Positions 39,753 to 53,800 of a stretch of DNA of 64,000 bases are shown piece after piece. Every line of letters begins with the position of its first letter. The stretch's first letter is position 1. Location: the NCBI GenBank assembly GCA_044892525.1, contig CM097885.1:14944001-15008000 (forward strand), read 5' to 3'. Both the position numbers and the translations under genes were made by a program. The DNA comes from Schmidtea polychroa (taxonomy: Eukaryota). The notes beneath the pieces are model-generated. The model saw only the letters and a program-made list of their open reading frames with translations, did not search any database and was not told the origin of the DNA.

Positions 39753-41416
39753 CACTAGGACGGCCGGAAATATTTTATACCTTGGAAGGCCAAACCGGTC
39801 AATTTGACCGGTGCACATATGCTCCTTATTTTCATGCTGAGATTTCTATGATGCAACTCATTTAGCAATACTTTCTTTGTGCTACTAACACGCTTTCAAA
39901 ATTTAACTATTTTTATTCTAACAGTAGTTAATTTATTAAACTACTTACAACAATGAAATAAAAATATTTGTTTAGCTGACACAAAGCTACACTATTTTAA
40001 ACATTGTCTTCGCGTTTATTCAGACTGGTATGTATGTATACTTCATTTCTTGTTTATAAATATTCTCTTGCTTTTATTCAAAGATAGTGCTTATTAAAAG
40101 TGTAATTAAGCAAGCATTAAGAGTTCTAAGTTTTGAAATTTGGTAAATTAAAAGAATCAAACGAAAAACTTAACGAAATGTCATAAGACAATATCTAATA
40201 ATTGTTATAGAAAATCTTTGAACTTCTTGGGATAACAAACATTATAAAACCGTGTTTTCATTAGAATCCAATAATAAATTTGACGTTTCTTATTTTACTG
40301 ACGGAGTTTTTATCATTATTTTAGAATCAAATATGCCAACTAAAAGAATTGCTGCTCAACGTGCTTTAGGGGGCTCACGATAGAAACGAACGCTGTGGAT
40401 TACGGCTGGGTGATTTTGTAGTCAGGAAACTAATGGAGCCATTTTTCAATAAAGGATACAATGTCTGCACTGACAATTTCTTTACAAGTCTCTCACTAGC
40501 TGAACATCTCCTTGTAAATCGAACAACATTGGTTGGTACTGTAAGATTAAATTCACGCTTTTTATCATCAGCTCACTTGGAGAAAAAGCCTCTTTTTGAA
40601 TCGACTCATTTATCGTGTCAAAACACTGTCACTGTTTCCTATCAAGGCAAAGAAAGTCATTGTCATGTCAACATTCCATTCTACTGCTAGTGTGAGATCT
40701 GACGAAAAGAGAAAGCCTGAAATGATACACTTTTATAACAAAAATAAGACAGCTGTAGATACCATGGATAGCATGTTGCGTTTATACAGCAGTAAAGTCG
40801 CAACAGCAAGATGGCCAGTCGCTACTTTCTATGATTTGCTTGATAAAGCAGCTCTCAACGCTCATGTTATTTTCAAAGATGCTACGGGATCAACTATAAA
40901 AAGAAGGGATTTTATTTTTGAATTAGCTACATCTCTTTGTGAGGAGTTCAAAAGCCGTCGAACAGCAAGTCCCATCTCTGGTGAACTCTGTTCTGAACAA
41001 CCAAAATTAAAGAAGCGAAAAACTTGTTCTGCTCCTCATTGTCATAACAAATCCGGAGCTATATGCCATGTATGTAGTAAAGTTTACTGTGGAAAACATT
41101 CCCAAATGACTGTTAAATGCTTCGGTTGTGTGTAAATTATATTTGGTTTTATATTTTCTAGTATGTAAGATGATTATGTGTGACTTTCTTGTGTGTTTCA
41201 AGATACCGGTCAAATTGACCGGTTCGGCCTTCCATGGGGATGGCCTCATTATCTCAGTCGTGACAAATGCTATAATTGAAGCTTTGATATGCACAACAAG
41301 TTCACTAAAAATGAATAATTGTCACAAAATATGAGACGTTAATTCCTTTTCGTTTTCTCACAAAATAAAAATGAAATTGCTTAACGGTCAAAATGACCGC
41401 TCTGGCCGTCCTAGTG
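39753..41416 (+). mobile_element. piggyBac transposon, internally deleted, frameshifted PGBD-like transposase
   Basis: TTAA|CACTAGGACGGCC...GGCCGTCCTAGTG|TTAA; TDNFFTS, GTVR, KPEMIHFYN..K.AVD.MD, RWP and a Cys-rich C-terminus. Confidence 0.93.
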
Positions 41417-41972
41417 TTAAAAGAAGTTATATTATGAACTTTATCAATTGTCATTCCTTGTTGAACATAAAATTTTAACAATCTATAATGAACAAGATAA
41501 TTATTTGTATCATTTTGATCACAAACTAATTTAGTTACATTACTGGATTGATTATTTCTTTTTTCTCTTTGTCATTCCATCAATTCTTCCGGTAATATTG
41601 TATTTTTTATTGGAGTATATAAAAAAAATATAGATTTTCTTTTAATACTATCGGGATAACCCAAATCTACTTCTAAAAAATATCCTACGTCAGAATTATC
41701 AGGTGTTTTTAATATTTCTTCCAAAGGTTCTTCATTAATAAGCTCCATCCTGCTAAAATAAGCATATGGAAGGTATTATCATTATGTCAGAATATAATGA
41801 GGTTGCCTCAATACATAGAAAATCTGAAGAACCATCAACACATGTCAACAATTTTTCATACTCTTTATCATCTTTAATTTCAAAAATCGGTTTTTTATCA
41901 AGATCATAATTTTTATAAATATAATTTTTAATGGCGTAAAATATTTTTTACGGATGTCTAACATTAAAATAA

Positions 41973-42379
41973 TATAAACATTACAAGCTTTGTGATACCC
42001 AGTGCAAATCTCAATAGTAGACTAGTTTCGAAAAAAAATTATTTTATACCATTACAAGTTAAAAATGCCAAAGGTTTACGGACGCACTTGTAAACAGTTT
42101 CTGTGTATGACGGTGTCTCCAGAGGTGAATATGATTTTTCATACGCCATGTTTACAAGTTTGCAGATATTTTTTCTGTGATTTAGCTAATTTGCAAGTGA
42201 TGTGATTTCCAATCTACCAGGGAAAGTATGCAATAGAGTTGAATCAGCAATATTGTATACTTACCTGGCGCGAAGAGAAATCTTCGCGTCTCCTGAATAG
42301 TACTGATGAGAGCCAAAAGTTCGAAACTAGTCTACTATTGGGATTTGCACTGGGTATCACAAAGCTTGTAATGTTTATA
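41973..42379 (+). mobile_element. Penelope-type pLTR fragment with a 59-bp inverted copy
   Basis: 41973-42031 is inverted to 42321-42379; contains a hammerhead; interrupts the pPolB remnant. Confidence 0.65.
42296..42339 (+). ncRNA. Minimal type I hammerhead ribozyme with intact core
   Basis: AATAGTA-CTGATGA-GAGC-CAAAA-GTTC-GAAA-CTAG-TC-TACTATT; predicted cleavage after C42332. Confidence 0.88.
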
Positions 42380-43040
42380 AAATATAATTTTCATTATAAA
42401 CAGGGACATGTCTATTTATTCCTCTTTCATATTCCTCATGAGATACATTTGACATGTTTAAAATTGAATAAAATCTTTTTATTGGTGGTAATTCTTCTTC
42501 ATTATACCTTTCAAAAGAATCTATAAAATAATATGGATAGCTTCCTTTTTGTAAACACATTTTATAATCTTTCTCTTGAATATTATATTCCTTCATGCCA
42601 TTATTGAGTGTATGAACAAAATCATTTAATGGTAAATTTTTCGATATAGCACTTGATGCAATAAATTTTAAAAAATCAATAAATTTTAAACATCCATATT
42701 CAAAACCTTTATAATTTTCTTTAGCTTTCCCAATAACTTTGAAAGAAATTTTTTCATTCCCTGCTAATTTTTTTATGAAAAACTGAATATCACAACCAAA
42801 TAAATTATGAAATATTACTGGTATGAAATTTGGTTTTTACATTTTATATTACAAGTTTCATGTGCTGCTCCTCTATGCTCACCAGTAAAATGATCATAGC
42901 CTCTTTCTTTTTCATATTGATCATTGAAAAATTTATTACACATCCAACATTTTGTTGCTTTTTAAATTCTAATTGTTTTTCTTCCGACATGTTTAATTTA
43001 TAATCTGTTTTTAGTATTTTAAATAATTTATGTTCTTAAT

Positions 43041-43611
43041 CATGGATGTTTAACCTTTTGCGGCATCTGGGCCACATGTTAAATTTTTTGAAGGCAGTCG
43101 GGCCGCACTTAATAGTTTAGTTTCATTATGAAAATGAAAAATACATTGTATATAATATATTTGCAAAATGCAAAATGTTGAGCATAAGGAAAAAATAATC
43201 GCTAAAAATATATACTAATTGGCTTATATATTAATGGGCTTATGTAAATGTATATATACGAGTAGTACTTATGTAAAAAAAAATTTAATTTTTACATCCC
43301 TATTTTTAATAAAAAAACAAAAAGTCATTTATATAAGATATTTTAGAAAAAATGAACGTCATTTGATAGATTTTCGTTTTTTAAATTCTTATTTATGCCT
43401 CTGCTTATTATAAATATATATAAATATGCTTATATTTACATATAACTAAATGGTAAAAATTTGAAAATTTAAGATAGTATAAAAACAAGCTTTAAAGTAT
43501 TTATTATGAACCAATTATTAAAAATTACCATTAAATTTTATCTGTGAAAAAATAATCACTATTGTTTTAAAATAAACAAAAAAACGGCGGGCCGCCAGTT
43601 GCTCATCTCTG
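43041..43611. mobile_element. Degenerate non-autonomous hAT
   Basis: CATGGATGTTTAAC...GTTGCTCATCTCTG ends, GGGCCG subterminal motifs, flanks TTCTTAAT/TTCTAAAT. Confidence 0.55.
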
Positions 43612-45661
43612 TTCTAAATCAATAATATCTTTAACAAAGCTATCCAAACAATCTTCTCTAAAAAACCGGAAAAATTACTTTTAAAATATAAACAAAATGC
43701 TGATGATATTTGTTAGACCATTGGTATTGTATAAGATTTTTAATTGAAATTAAAAAGTTTTTAAGTAGTTCTAGTAAAGGAATTTTTTGCTTCCTTATCA
43801 TAATATTGATTAAATATTTCTAATATTTTTTCATTTTTTATCAAAATCTTTTGATATTCCTCAACAATTGTTTTTTAATATTTTCAATATTAGAATTGAA
43901 AATTTTAATTGAGAATAGATGCAAGTATTGTGTTTCTATTTTTGCATTTAAGAAAACATCTGTTTTTTCCATCTATACTATTTTGTTTTAATTGTTACTT
44001 TATATTGTATGATTTTATAATGTTTTTACATAATTCTTTAAGGACATCAATCGCTGATCCTCTAATTTCTTTTTTATTCATATTAGTATAATTATTTATT
44101 GATACTGGTGATAACATTTCATCAATTTATCAGTATCAACAATTCTTATTTTATTCATTTTATCTAAAAAATCATCTACTGACTAACTAGAATCAACTAT
44201 TTTATATAATAAATTTTTTAATTTGTATTTGTATTCTTGTTTCAGGTGTTTCTTTACTGTTTTTCTACATCTTTAGAAAATTTTATTTATATTTATTAAA
44301 ATTTACTGATTCATAGTCTTCAAACTTTTTAATAAATACAATGGAAAAGAAATTAGTGGTGAAATTTGAAAAAAAAGTTATAATACTATAATGTCTGACG
44401 CCCATAACCTAATTCGTCACTCCTTCTTTCGTAATCTTAAAATAATTAAACTGAAATCCTATTTATGTTTCCTAAAAAATGTAAAAGGCGTAACATAATA
44501 CTTTTATCTACTGATTCATAGTCTTCAAGCTTTTTAATAAATTAATATTTTCACTTATATTAATTATTATTTAATTAGATTCTTCGATTTCATTTCTCTA
44601 TAAATCTTTTTCTTTTTAGAAGTTAAACCAAAAAAGATTCCTTCGAATTAAAATAAAATAAAACATTGGCTCCTCCAATGTTGAAGCTATTATACCAGAA
44701 ACTATTGGGGCTGTGTCAATTAAAATAACGCCAGAAAATACAACTGTGGAAACTAACAAAATACCTGTAATTGCGAGACAAGCAATTTTTATTCCATTAT
44801 CAGCATTAGTTCATCTGGATTTTATTTTTTTATTCTATCGGAGAATCTTTATTGTCTTGAAAGTTGTCTTGAAAGTTTTTTGTTAATGATGGGTACAATG
44901 GCTTTTTTTTACAAACATAAAAGAATTTTCTCTTCATAAACTTCAGGGCAATTCATTTTTTTAGGAATTTAAACAAGTCTCGATGCCGTGTATTCTCATC
45001 ATTTTTTTTATATGCAAAATCTACATGTGATAAATTCCCTAATTTAATAAACAAAAAATATGAAGGTTATTTTCATACTCAATTTAGTATTTGCAATTAC
45101 ATTCAGAAAAGTATAGTAAATTTAGTTAGAAATACACTGCTATTTACGGAACAGATTAAAAGAAACATTGGGTGGCTAAAGCCTTTTAAACGAGGAGGGA
45201 TATAAGTATATATTTAAAAATTAAATATTAACTTTCAAAAATTTAGAAGAATGACCTTTTTTTGACCCTTTGAAGGTTAGAGACACACCATATAGCTTTG
45301 AGGGTACGGCCATTGGATAGAGCTCTTCAATACCTTGCGAATGATACCCTTAAAGACCTTTGAAATTTAAATTCGAAATTTTTTGAAATGAGTCACCCGA
45401 TGAGGCATACTGATGAGTCATACCGATGAGCCATCAAAAAATTTTAAACATTTCTTAGAGTGGTATGTGTTTTTTCAATTACACCCCCCAATGATGTCTT
45501 TGTTTAACGATGAGTCATGGGGCACACTTCCTTCTACTATTGATCCTTTTGATATTCTTATTCGGTGATATTTTCTAATATTGCTTACAATTCTATCGCT
45601 GTTTCTAAAATCATTTGACTTGTAAGAAAACAATTTAGGAATATTGCTTTAAACTGTATAC

Positions 45662-45958
45662 CAGTGCTTCTCATCATGTTATGTTCTATATCCCCAGAAA
45701 TAGAGTTTTAAAGTCAAATTGCACTAGTTTTTGAATTAATTAACAAATTATTTTACAAGCTCTTACTTAAAAATTTCAATTTTGCTTATAGATCTTGGCT
45801 AGAACTATATCTTCAGTGTTAAGAAATTGTTTCTATCATAATATACATAAAATACGACGTATATACTTGAGAAAAATTATGATTTATCAAATTTGAAAAA
45901 TCCATTAATTTCGAAATTGCCCCAACTGGAGCCCTAGGGGCCCAGATGAGAAGCACTG
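45662..45958. mobile_element. hAT MITE, 8-bp TSD CTGTATAC
   Basis: CAGTGCTTCTCATC...GATGAGAAGCACTG. Confidence 0.9.
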
Positions 45959-46597
45959 CTGTATACTATGTCTCCATTATATTCAAATTTTACGATTGAT
46001 TAAGTATTCAATATATTAATTTATTTAGCAAACAAATCATTCAGAAAGAGATGTGATCATCAGACCTTGAAATAACCTTAGTCCTAAAATGATTAAATAA
46101 AATGAATATGCATTTATTGGAAGAGGACTTTTATGTTTTTACAAATACGAAAGTATTAAACTATTTAACCCCCAACCCTCTTTTTTGAATTTTATTATTC
46201 ATTTTTAAAACAGAATGCAATTTATTAATTTCATGTCATCATTATAACACAAAACTTTCAAGTACTCGAAATGCATCATTATAATATTATAGTACATATT
46301 AAATAATTTATTTAAAATTTTTTATTTGTCTAAAATTAACTTAATATGTGATATATCTATTTTCAATTAAACCAAATCTATTATTAATTTTTATTAAAGA
46401 GACCTTGAAATATAATAATTATAATTTCTAATTTAATAGTATTTTATTTTAATTTAATTATTTCAATTAATTGTTTATTACTTGCAGAATAAAATTATTA
46501 ATAATTTAAATTATAATTAAAACAAAATTCTATTAAATGAACAATTGACATTATTAAAATTCAAGGTAGCACTAATAGATGAAGCTCTATATTAACG

Positions 46598-46650
<53 letters not shown>

Positions 46651-46818
46651 GATTATTATTATTATTGAATTATTTATAAATGACTTTAATGAAAAAATTT
46701 TGTCATGTTAAAAAAATTTAAACATTTTAAAAATATTTTCATTTAAATATATTAAATCAAAAAGAGTAAATACTTTATAATATGAAAGACATGTTAAACT
46801 GAAATACACGGGAAACAA

Positions 46819-47365
46819 TCACTGATTTAATATGTCAATGTATGGAGAACTGGTAAATGAAAACAACATCCTTCGTACTGCTTTTGTATCGCTTTGTAAT
46901 TCCGCATTAAACACTTTACCGCCGACACTTATAAAGTCTCTCACTGTGACCGGAAAAGGAAGAGGCCTGGTGAGACGCATCAACCATTCTGAATTATAAC
47001 GGATCAAACTAAAAGTAAAAATTATTATGGAAATATAAAATTTTGTATTTTACTCGGCATTAAAGATTCTAGTTGGTTCATTTGAACCACATTCATTTGA
47101 CATTCTGATTCCTATTTCAGTTTCTGGGTTTTCAGTGGTAACAATGACGGCCGTATGAAACTTTCCCTTTAACAATCCACACTTTGATCTAATTTGATAA
47201 ACTGTTACATATTTCACCTGAAGATTCAAAGGATTATTTGGATCATCACTTGTTAATCCAACAACCAATTTCAATAATAGTACAGTAAATAACAATTGAA
47301 TAGCTATTATAATTTAAACCAGATTTTATAAGTATTCAAAAATTAACAGACTTACTTTGCGCCAT
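46819..47365 (-). CDS. Host small secreted protein of unknown function, 3 exons (47356-47365, 47054-47303, 46819-47008)
   Basis: 52- and 45-bp GT-AG introns preserve the frame; signal peptide MAQTIQLLFTVLLLKLVVG. Confidence 0.7.
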
Positions 47366-47836
47366 GTCGTGATTTTTCGATTTTTCAAATTTTATAATGA
47401 AGATCAAAGTAATATCAGGCTTTTATACTGCCGGCAAATCAAGTACAGTAATTGAAATTTGACCATTTCAATATTTCGTTAAAATTACATTAAAAAACTA
47501 GTCGTTCTGTCTGGTCAAGGTGTCGTAGTATTAAAAACTGATTATCGAGGTACCTAGTTCACTTCATTGATTGTCTGGAAATAATACTTAGTCTAAATGC
47601 AAGTTAAATGCTATTTTTAAATTAAATCTTTATTCAATAAAAGTTATTATAAAAATTAAGTTGTAATTCAATTATTTTCTTAAAATACTAAATAATTTTC
47701 TAATTTACGTAGTTGTTTAAACAGATGAAATATTAAGAATTTTAAGAGCGTCATTTATTTTCGCATTCGAGACTAAAGTTTTTACTCTAGATTCAAAATT
47801 TTAATTTTAATGACCCTTATTTTAAAGTAAATTATT

Positions 47837-50800
47837 ATGCAAAGAACTAAAATTTTAAACGCAGTTGTGAATAAGTAATGTGTTGAATAATCTAATATGT
47901 TGAACATGTTGTTTTAAGATTAAAGCATTTCAGTTTAACAAATAATGAAGCTTTCGAATATGAAGCTGTGAATGAAAACATATTAACATACAAGCAAGGA
48001 AGTGAGGAACGTATGAAATTAGAAAATACTTTATCTGAATACACCAATAAAACTGTTGAAGTACCTATTTGTATTGGAGATGAAGAAATTAAAAGTGATC
48101 AAATTCTGCATCAAACATATGTAAGTGGAATTATCTGTTTAATGATGAAGATTATTTATTTTTACTTTAATTGTTTAATAAAGTTTTTATATTTTATGTT
48201 TATTATAATAATATTTTTGATAAGCCTTTATTGTGAACGGCGTCAAAGCATTACAATAACTTCGTTTTAATTTCTTATAATATATGTCACTTTGAAGTAG
48301 GAAATTTATGGTAAAATGATGGTAGTTTTAAAACATCTTCCAGTTAATTTCCGGATTGTTATTGTGATTTTGCTTATTTTCATTCATTATATAAATGATT
48401 ATATAAAGTGTTAATATTTTACTCATTAAAGATTTTCGTTTTTTCAATATTTGCCTTTTATTGACAATAAAATTGCACATTAAAAGCCATAGAATGTGCA
48501 GTGGTGTTTGTGACCAAGGCTTTTATTTTATATTTACTCAAATTTTGTTTCAGCCATTCGATCACCATAAAACTTTGGCAAGTTTTTTTTATTCCGATGA
48601 AAAGATCCTGAATAAAGCAATTAAAACATCTCTTGAAGCTCGAGACAAATGGGATAAAACTCCTTTGAAAGAGAGAGCTAAAATATTTCTTAAGGCCGCT
48701 GATTTGATAAGTTCCACTTATAGGCCACATTTGGTAGCTACAACAATGCTCGGACAAGTTGGAGTTCTGTTTTTATTTAGTGGTTTGTTTAGCTGTTTAG
48801 GGAAAAACAATTTTCCAAGCTGAAATCGATGCGGTAGCAGAATTAGCGGACTTCTTACGATTCAACACTCAAGCGGCAGCTGTGAGAACTTCTTTATATT
48901 ATATCTAATATACAATCACTTGATACTTAGTTAATACCCCATTTTCCCCTAAACGATAAAATAATAGATTTAATAAAAATTTTAACTCATAAAGCGTTAC
49001 TTTTTAAAACCTTCCAAAATATTTAAAACTTACTGAATATTAATTAAAATAAAAATTAATTAGAAATCAATATAAAGATTTTAAATTTAAAGGTTTTTAA
49101 ATATATAGCATTAATTCATAATAAAATAATTAGTAAGCGATATATGAAGCCTTTACTGTAAGTTTCAAGTTTATGAAAAAAAACGTTAAGAAAGAAAACA
49201 GATAGCAAATGGAAAACTGGCAGACATGCTAATCACAACGGATATACAAACTAAAAATATCAATGAGAAATTTTAACCGCCATTCTCAATGATATTTCAG
49301 CTAGTGAAAGGTTTATCAACTAGTTCTAGCACCTCTGGATATATTAGCTATGATTTTTATGGATTATCTTGAGCGGCAAATAATTGGCTACTACACAAGA
49401 TATATAGATGATATTTTTATCATCAAGAAAATGAAGAAATGTATCACATATTCAACAGAGCGTATCAATATATGAAATTCGAAATTGCATATCCGGAAGA
49501 AGATTAATCTCTCAAACTGCTGGATCTGAAAATTAAAATTAATATAGACACTCCAAAATACGGATTCTACCAGAAATATTTACCACTAAAATCAGCACTT
49601 TAGTACTTACAGAAAGCAAACGTTTTTATTTGACCTACTTCATCCAGCAGTGGCCTGTTTTTAAAATCAATTTAATATATTAAAAGACTCTAAAAAAATT
49701 TCGTAGCTTAAAAATGGCGAAAAATAACTTGGAAAAATTTATGAAAAACATTGAAAATTATGAAAAATTTATTTGACCTACATAAGGAAACTAGAAATTA
49801 AAAAAAAATCTTAACCCGGGAGCAGCGCCTGATCCATCGGTGGGGATTCCATCTACTTATACAAATCAAAAAGCCGAGAATTCTAAAATAAAAATCCTAA
49901 AATTAGCATTCAAACTATTTTTTAGGTCGATCGAAAAGAAATATTTCATAGTCGAAAATTCTCTTTTTTTATTTAAACTATAAACCTGTAGCAAATGCTT
50001 ATTATATCATTTATTGATTATTTGATTTTTAAATTTAATTTAGAATTAATAATATAATTCTAAAGTGATAAATTAAGCCTTTCGCTGCGAATAATGTATT
50101 TAATGAAAAGATTTTCGACTATAATATAGTCCTTGTCAATCTCCTGGAATTTAGCATTCTTCCCAAACTTACATCGCTATCTTTCTTTTATTTCCTTTTT
50201 CTTCTCATTGGTTAAAAATATAATATAATGATATACTTTCTTTTTCTGAATTTTTAAAAATTTTATTTAAAATTCAAATTGAAACCCCAACCAGAATTTA
50301 AATATTTTAATAAATGTTTCAATTTTGATTTTTATTCCTATCTTTTGAATGCATATTTTTATATATTATTAGTTATTCTCAAGGTCAATGACAACAGATC
50401 AAATTGATGATTTCATTGATTTCTTCTCTAGTGTTGATTGTTGGCCGTCTGTTTATAATAAGAATTGCTTCTTTGAATCTGACATTTTTTTGGATGTTTC
50501 CATTAGCTACGATTTCGATTGAAATATTTTTTCTTTCCTTCATTGGTTGTTTTATTGTCATCGCAAACTCTGCTCAATCGATGCCTTCGTGAGTTGGAAC
50601 TTCGAATATGTATATAGGTAATGCAATATAAAGTTTAGCTCCATTAGATCCATTCAGAATGACATTGAATCCATTGCAGAAATCATCTTTGCCTTGATTG
50701 TAAAAGTTAAACACCTTTCATCGTATAAATTCCTAATTGAAAACGACCGGACAGTTCCAGTTTTATCACAAACATAGAAATTCATCTTTAGATAATGGAT

Positions 50801-53800
50801 CAACTATCCGCTTAAAGTCAATAATTTCTGAACCTTCAACTGATTTGAATTTATTAAACTTCATTTGATCAAGATTTAATTTCCATACGATTACATAACC
50901 ACAAGGAATGAGTTAGTTTCGTTGATGATTAATTTCGTTATTGAATCTGAATGTCCATATAATATATCAATTGGTTTGCATTCTTCTAAACTCCATACAA
51001 TTATAGTATCATTCATTCCACCAGTGAAGGCAACTCTCGATTTATTGTCCCAAACTACTGACAAAACAACATTCAAATGACCACTCAAAACTAATTCGCC
51101 ATATTCATAAATCCATACCATTTTCCATCTCGAAATAATCAACGAAAACGAATTTAAATCTTTTATTTTCAAAACAAAACACAAAATTTTAAAAAATCAC
51201 CTTTTAAAACAACTTCTCGAAATTCCAAATAACTTGACATAAAAATCCAAAAATTTGACAGCCAAATAAATATCAAAAACCGATAATAAATTCCAAAATT
51301 CGATATCAACTCGACAATTAATAACTCGAATCACCAATTTTCCGAGTCTGTGTGCGCGTACAAATTAATCCAATTTCAATGCAAAAAACACAGACGCGAC
51401 ACTTCAACTCGTGATTCACCACTTGGTTGACATTGTTGGATATGTCTGTATACCGAGGATTTTCCACTAGGATCAAGATATTCTTTAACTCTTTGGTGCA
51501 AGGTAATGAGTGTACATCCAATGTATATTTCCTTGCATACATTGCACGTGATGCAATAGGCTATGTTTTTTCTAAAGCACATATCTTTCGGTGTCTGGCA
51601 GTTTTCCATTGTGCTTAATAATTTCTACAAAGAAAAATAGGAATTGCAACAGAAAGATAAATAATTTTATTAGAAAAAGAAATCCAATGATTTTATTAAT
51701 ATTATAAGAAATTTTTACATATTTCACCACTGATTTCTTTTCCATTGATATTGTATTTATTAAAAAGCTTGACTATGAATCAGTAAATATATCGATGTTT
51801 TTGATATTCACGAATTTTCAGCACTGCCTTTTTCCAATGAATTTTATTATATCCAAATTTACAAATTGAGTTGTTAGCCCTTAATATAACTTTGATAATT
51901 CACTATATAAATCAGCTGACTTACATAATTATATATTTTACATTTTATTTAAAATCTACATTAAATTATAATCGTTAAGGACATCGGTCCTCTTGCCTGC
52001 GCTTCATTAGGATTTATGTATTTATTAGACAATTTTATATGTTTATATATTATAATTTAATATAAATGTTATTATATATTTTTATATCTTGTATATACAC
52101 TAATATCTCGTTTTGTGACGTTTCTGTTTGCAACTCAAATAAATGACAGTAAAATTCCAATTACAGTGTTTTTATTAATTTTTGATTTTTAGAAAAAAAT
52201 GAAAGTTTTGTTTTTTTTGTTATTTAAATAATTCTTGAATTTAGCGAAAACATGGTGACAAATAGCTTTTTATGAAGCGAGATTAATGAAATGTGGATAA
52301 ATTCAACAATTTTAACGAAATCGTAATTTTATTTATGACATGCGATTAAGATTCATATTTTAATTAAAATTATAATGATGATTTGATTGGTCTACATATT
52401 GAACTGATATATAAAGAAGATCCAAATGAAACTCTTGGGCCAAAAGTATTGAACTCAAAACAAATAGATAACCCCATTTCCAAAAAAGAAGCATGAAAGT
52501 TTCTCAATCAATAATTAATGATAAAGTTACGAAAAATGATAACAATCCAACAAACGTTAGAAACAGATTTGCAGCTATAAGCGTTTGCGGTTGCGTCATC
52601 GTCCGAGACTGCAATAGCGTTAGATTCTGAATCTTGATAATTAATGTTTATGCATAAAGTTCTTTGAATTTTATCGAATCTTATCGATAAACAAATTGAA
52701 TTTTGCATTTTCAAGAATTGTTACGTTTTAATTTTCTATTTTAATAAATAAACTTATTAATTACTCGTAGTTACAAACTCAGGAAACAATATAATTATTA
52801 TGCCGTTCCGCATATTGGTAAAGATCGTAAAGGTGCCAAATCGAAAACCACTATGTGAACACTATCCAAACAAAGAAAAACAATAGAAATACAATAATAA
52901 CATTTCTCAAGTTAATTTTAAACAATTACATAATATTTTACATGCATAAATATATAGATTTAAAACTTAAAACATTAAAACCATATAATTTACTTTTCGT
53001 AACCACCCTAACAACATGTTTCTCACAATAACCAGTGACTTATATTAAAAAATTGCCGTAATTTTCCTAGAAGGATTGTCATACATATTATTTTTCTCAC
53101 ATTCAGCTATTCTACATTTAATATAAAAACCTTTGCAAATGTTGTGAGTATATTAGATGAAAACCCTTTAATAACTCAAAATGAAATGTTCGAAGTATTT
53201 AAAATCTATTTTTACATATTTTCATAGGTTATCAATTACCATTTCAGTTATAATAGTAGTTAATTGTTCTAATAAAGCTAGGTCCACATTACTTTATTCA
53301 TCACACTTGCTTTACCTTTTCTATTTAATTATTTGTTGTAATAAATCTACTTTTCGCGTATATGGACTACATTCCATAGAACTTTCTATGTTTATGCCGC
53401 AAAATTTTCCTTGAAATTGAAATAAAGCAATTATGTATTACTTCGGACTTCAAGAAATTTATTGACAACATTTTAAACTAGTACCATTTTTAGAAGGTTA
53501 CAAAAAATTTTACTATCACTAATATTCATTATTCAATAATGATAATCAAAACCTCCCACAATTGAATTTGGCGACAAATAATCTCTAAACAATAACTTAG
53601 TTATCTGAATTGTTTATAATAAAGCCCTGTAATACTGCTAATCAGTAATATAAAAGCTTCCAAACAATCATTAACTTTATTCATATTTAACGTGTAATTT
53701 ACTGAATTAAAAAATAATTACCAACATTTTTTATGCCGATTCAACAATCACGCAAAACCCAAAATACAAAACAACTATTAATCCGTTAAAACAAAATTCC

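Larger units (their letters stand above)
38900..45538 (-). mobile_element. Decayed second-family Polinton with nested insertions
   Basis: pPolB fragments GYFLEVDLGYP (~41660), QKGSYPY (42375-42596) and DHFTGEHRGAAHETCN..PVIFHNL (~42800-42900). TIR-like end with ATGAGTCAT and GTCTTTGTTTAA terminating CTTCTACT at 45538. Left boundary approximate. Confidence 0.7.

Noticed and set aside
42257..42420. Full U1 snRNA gene
   Set aside because: Only the first 13 nt match; no stem-loop I GATCAC loop or Sm site recognisable.
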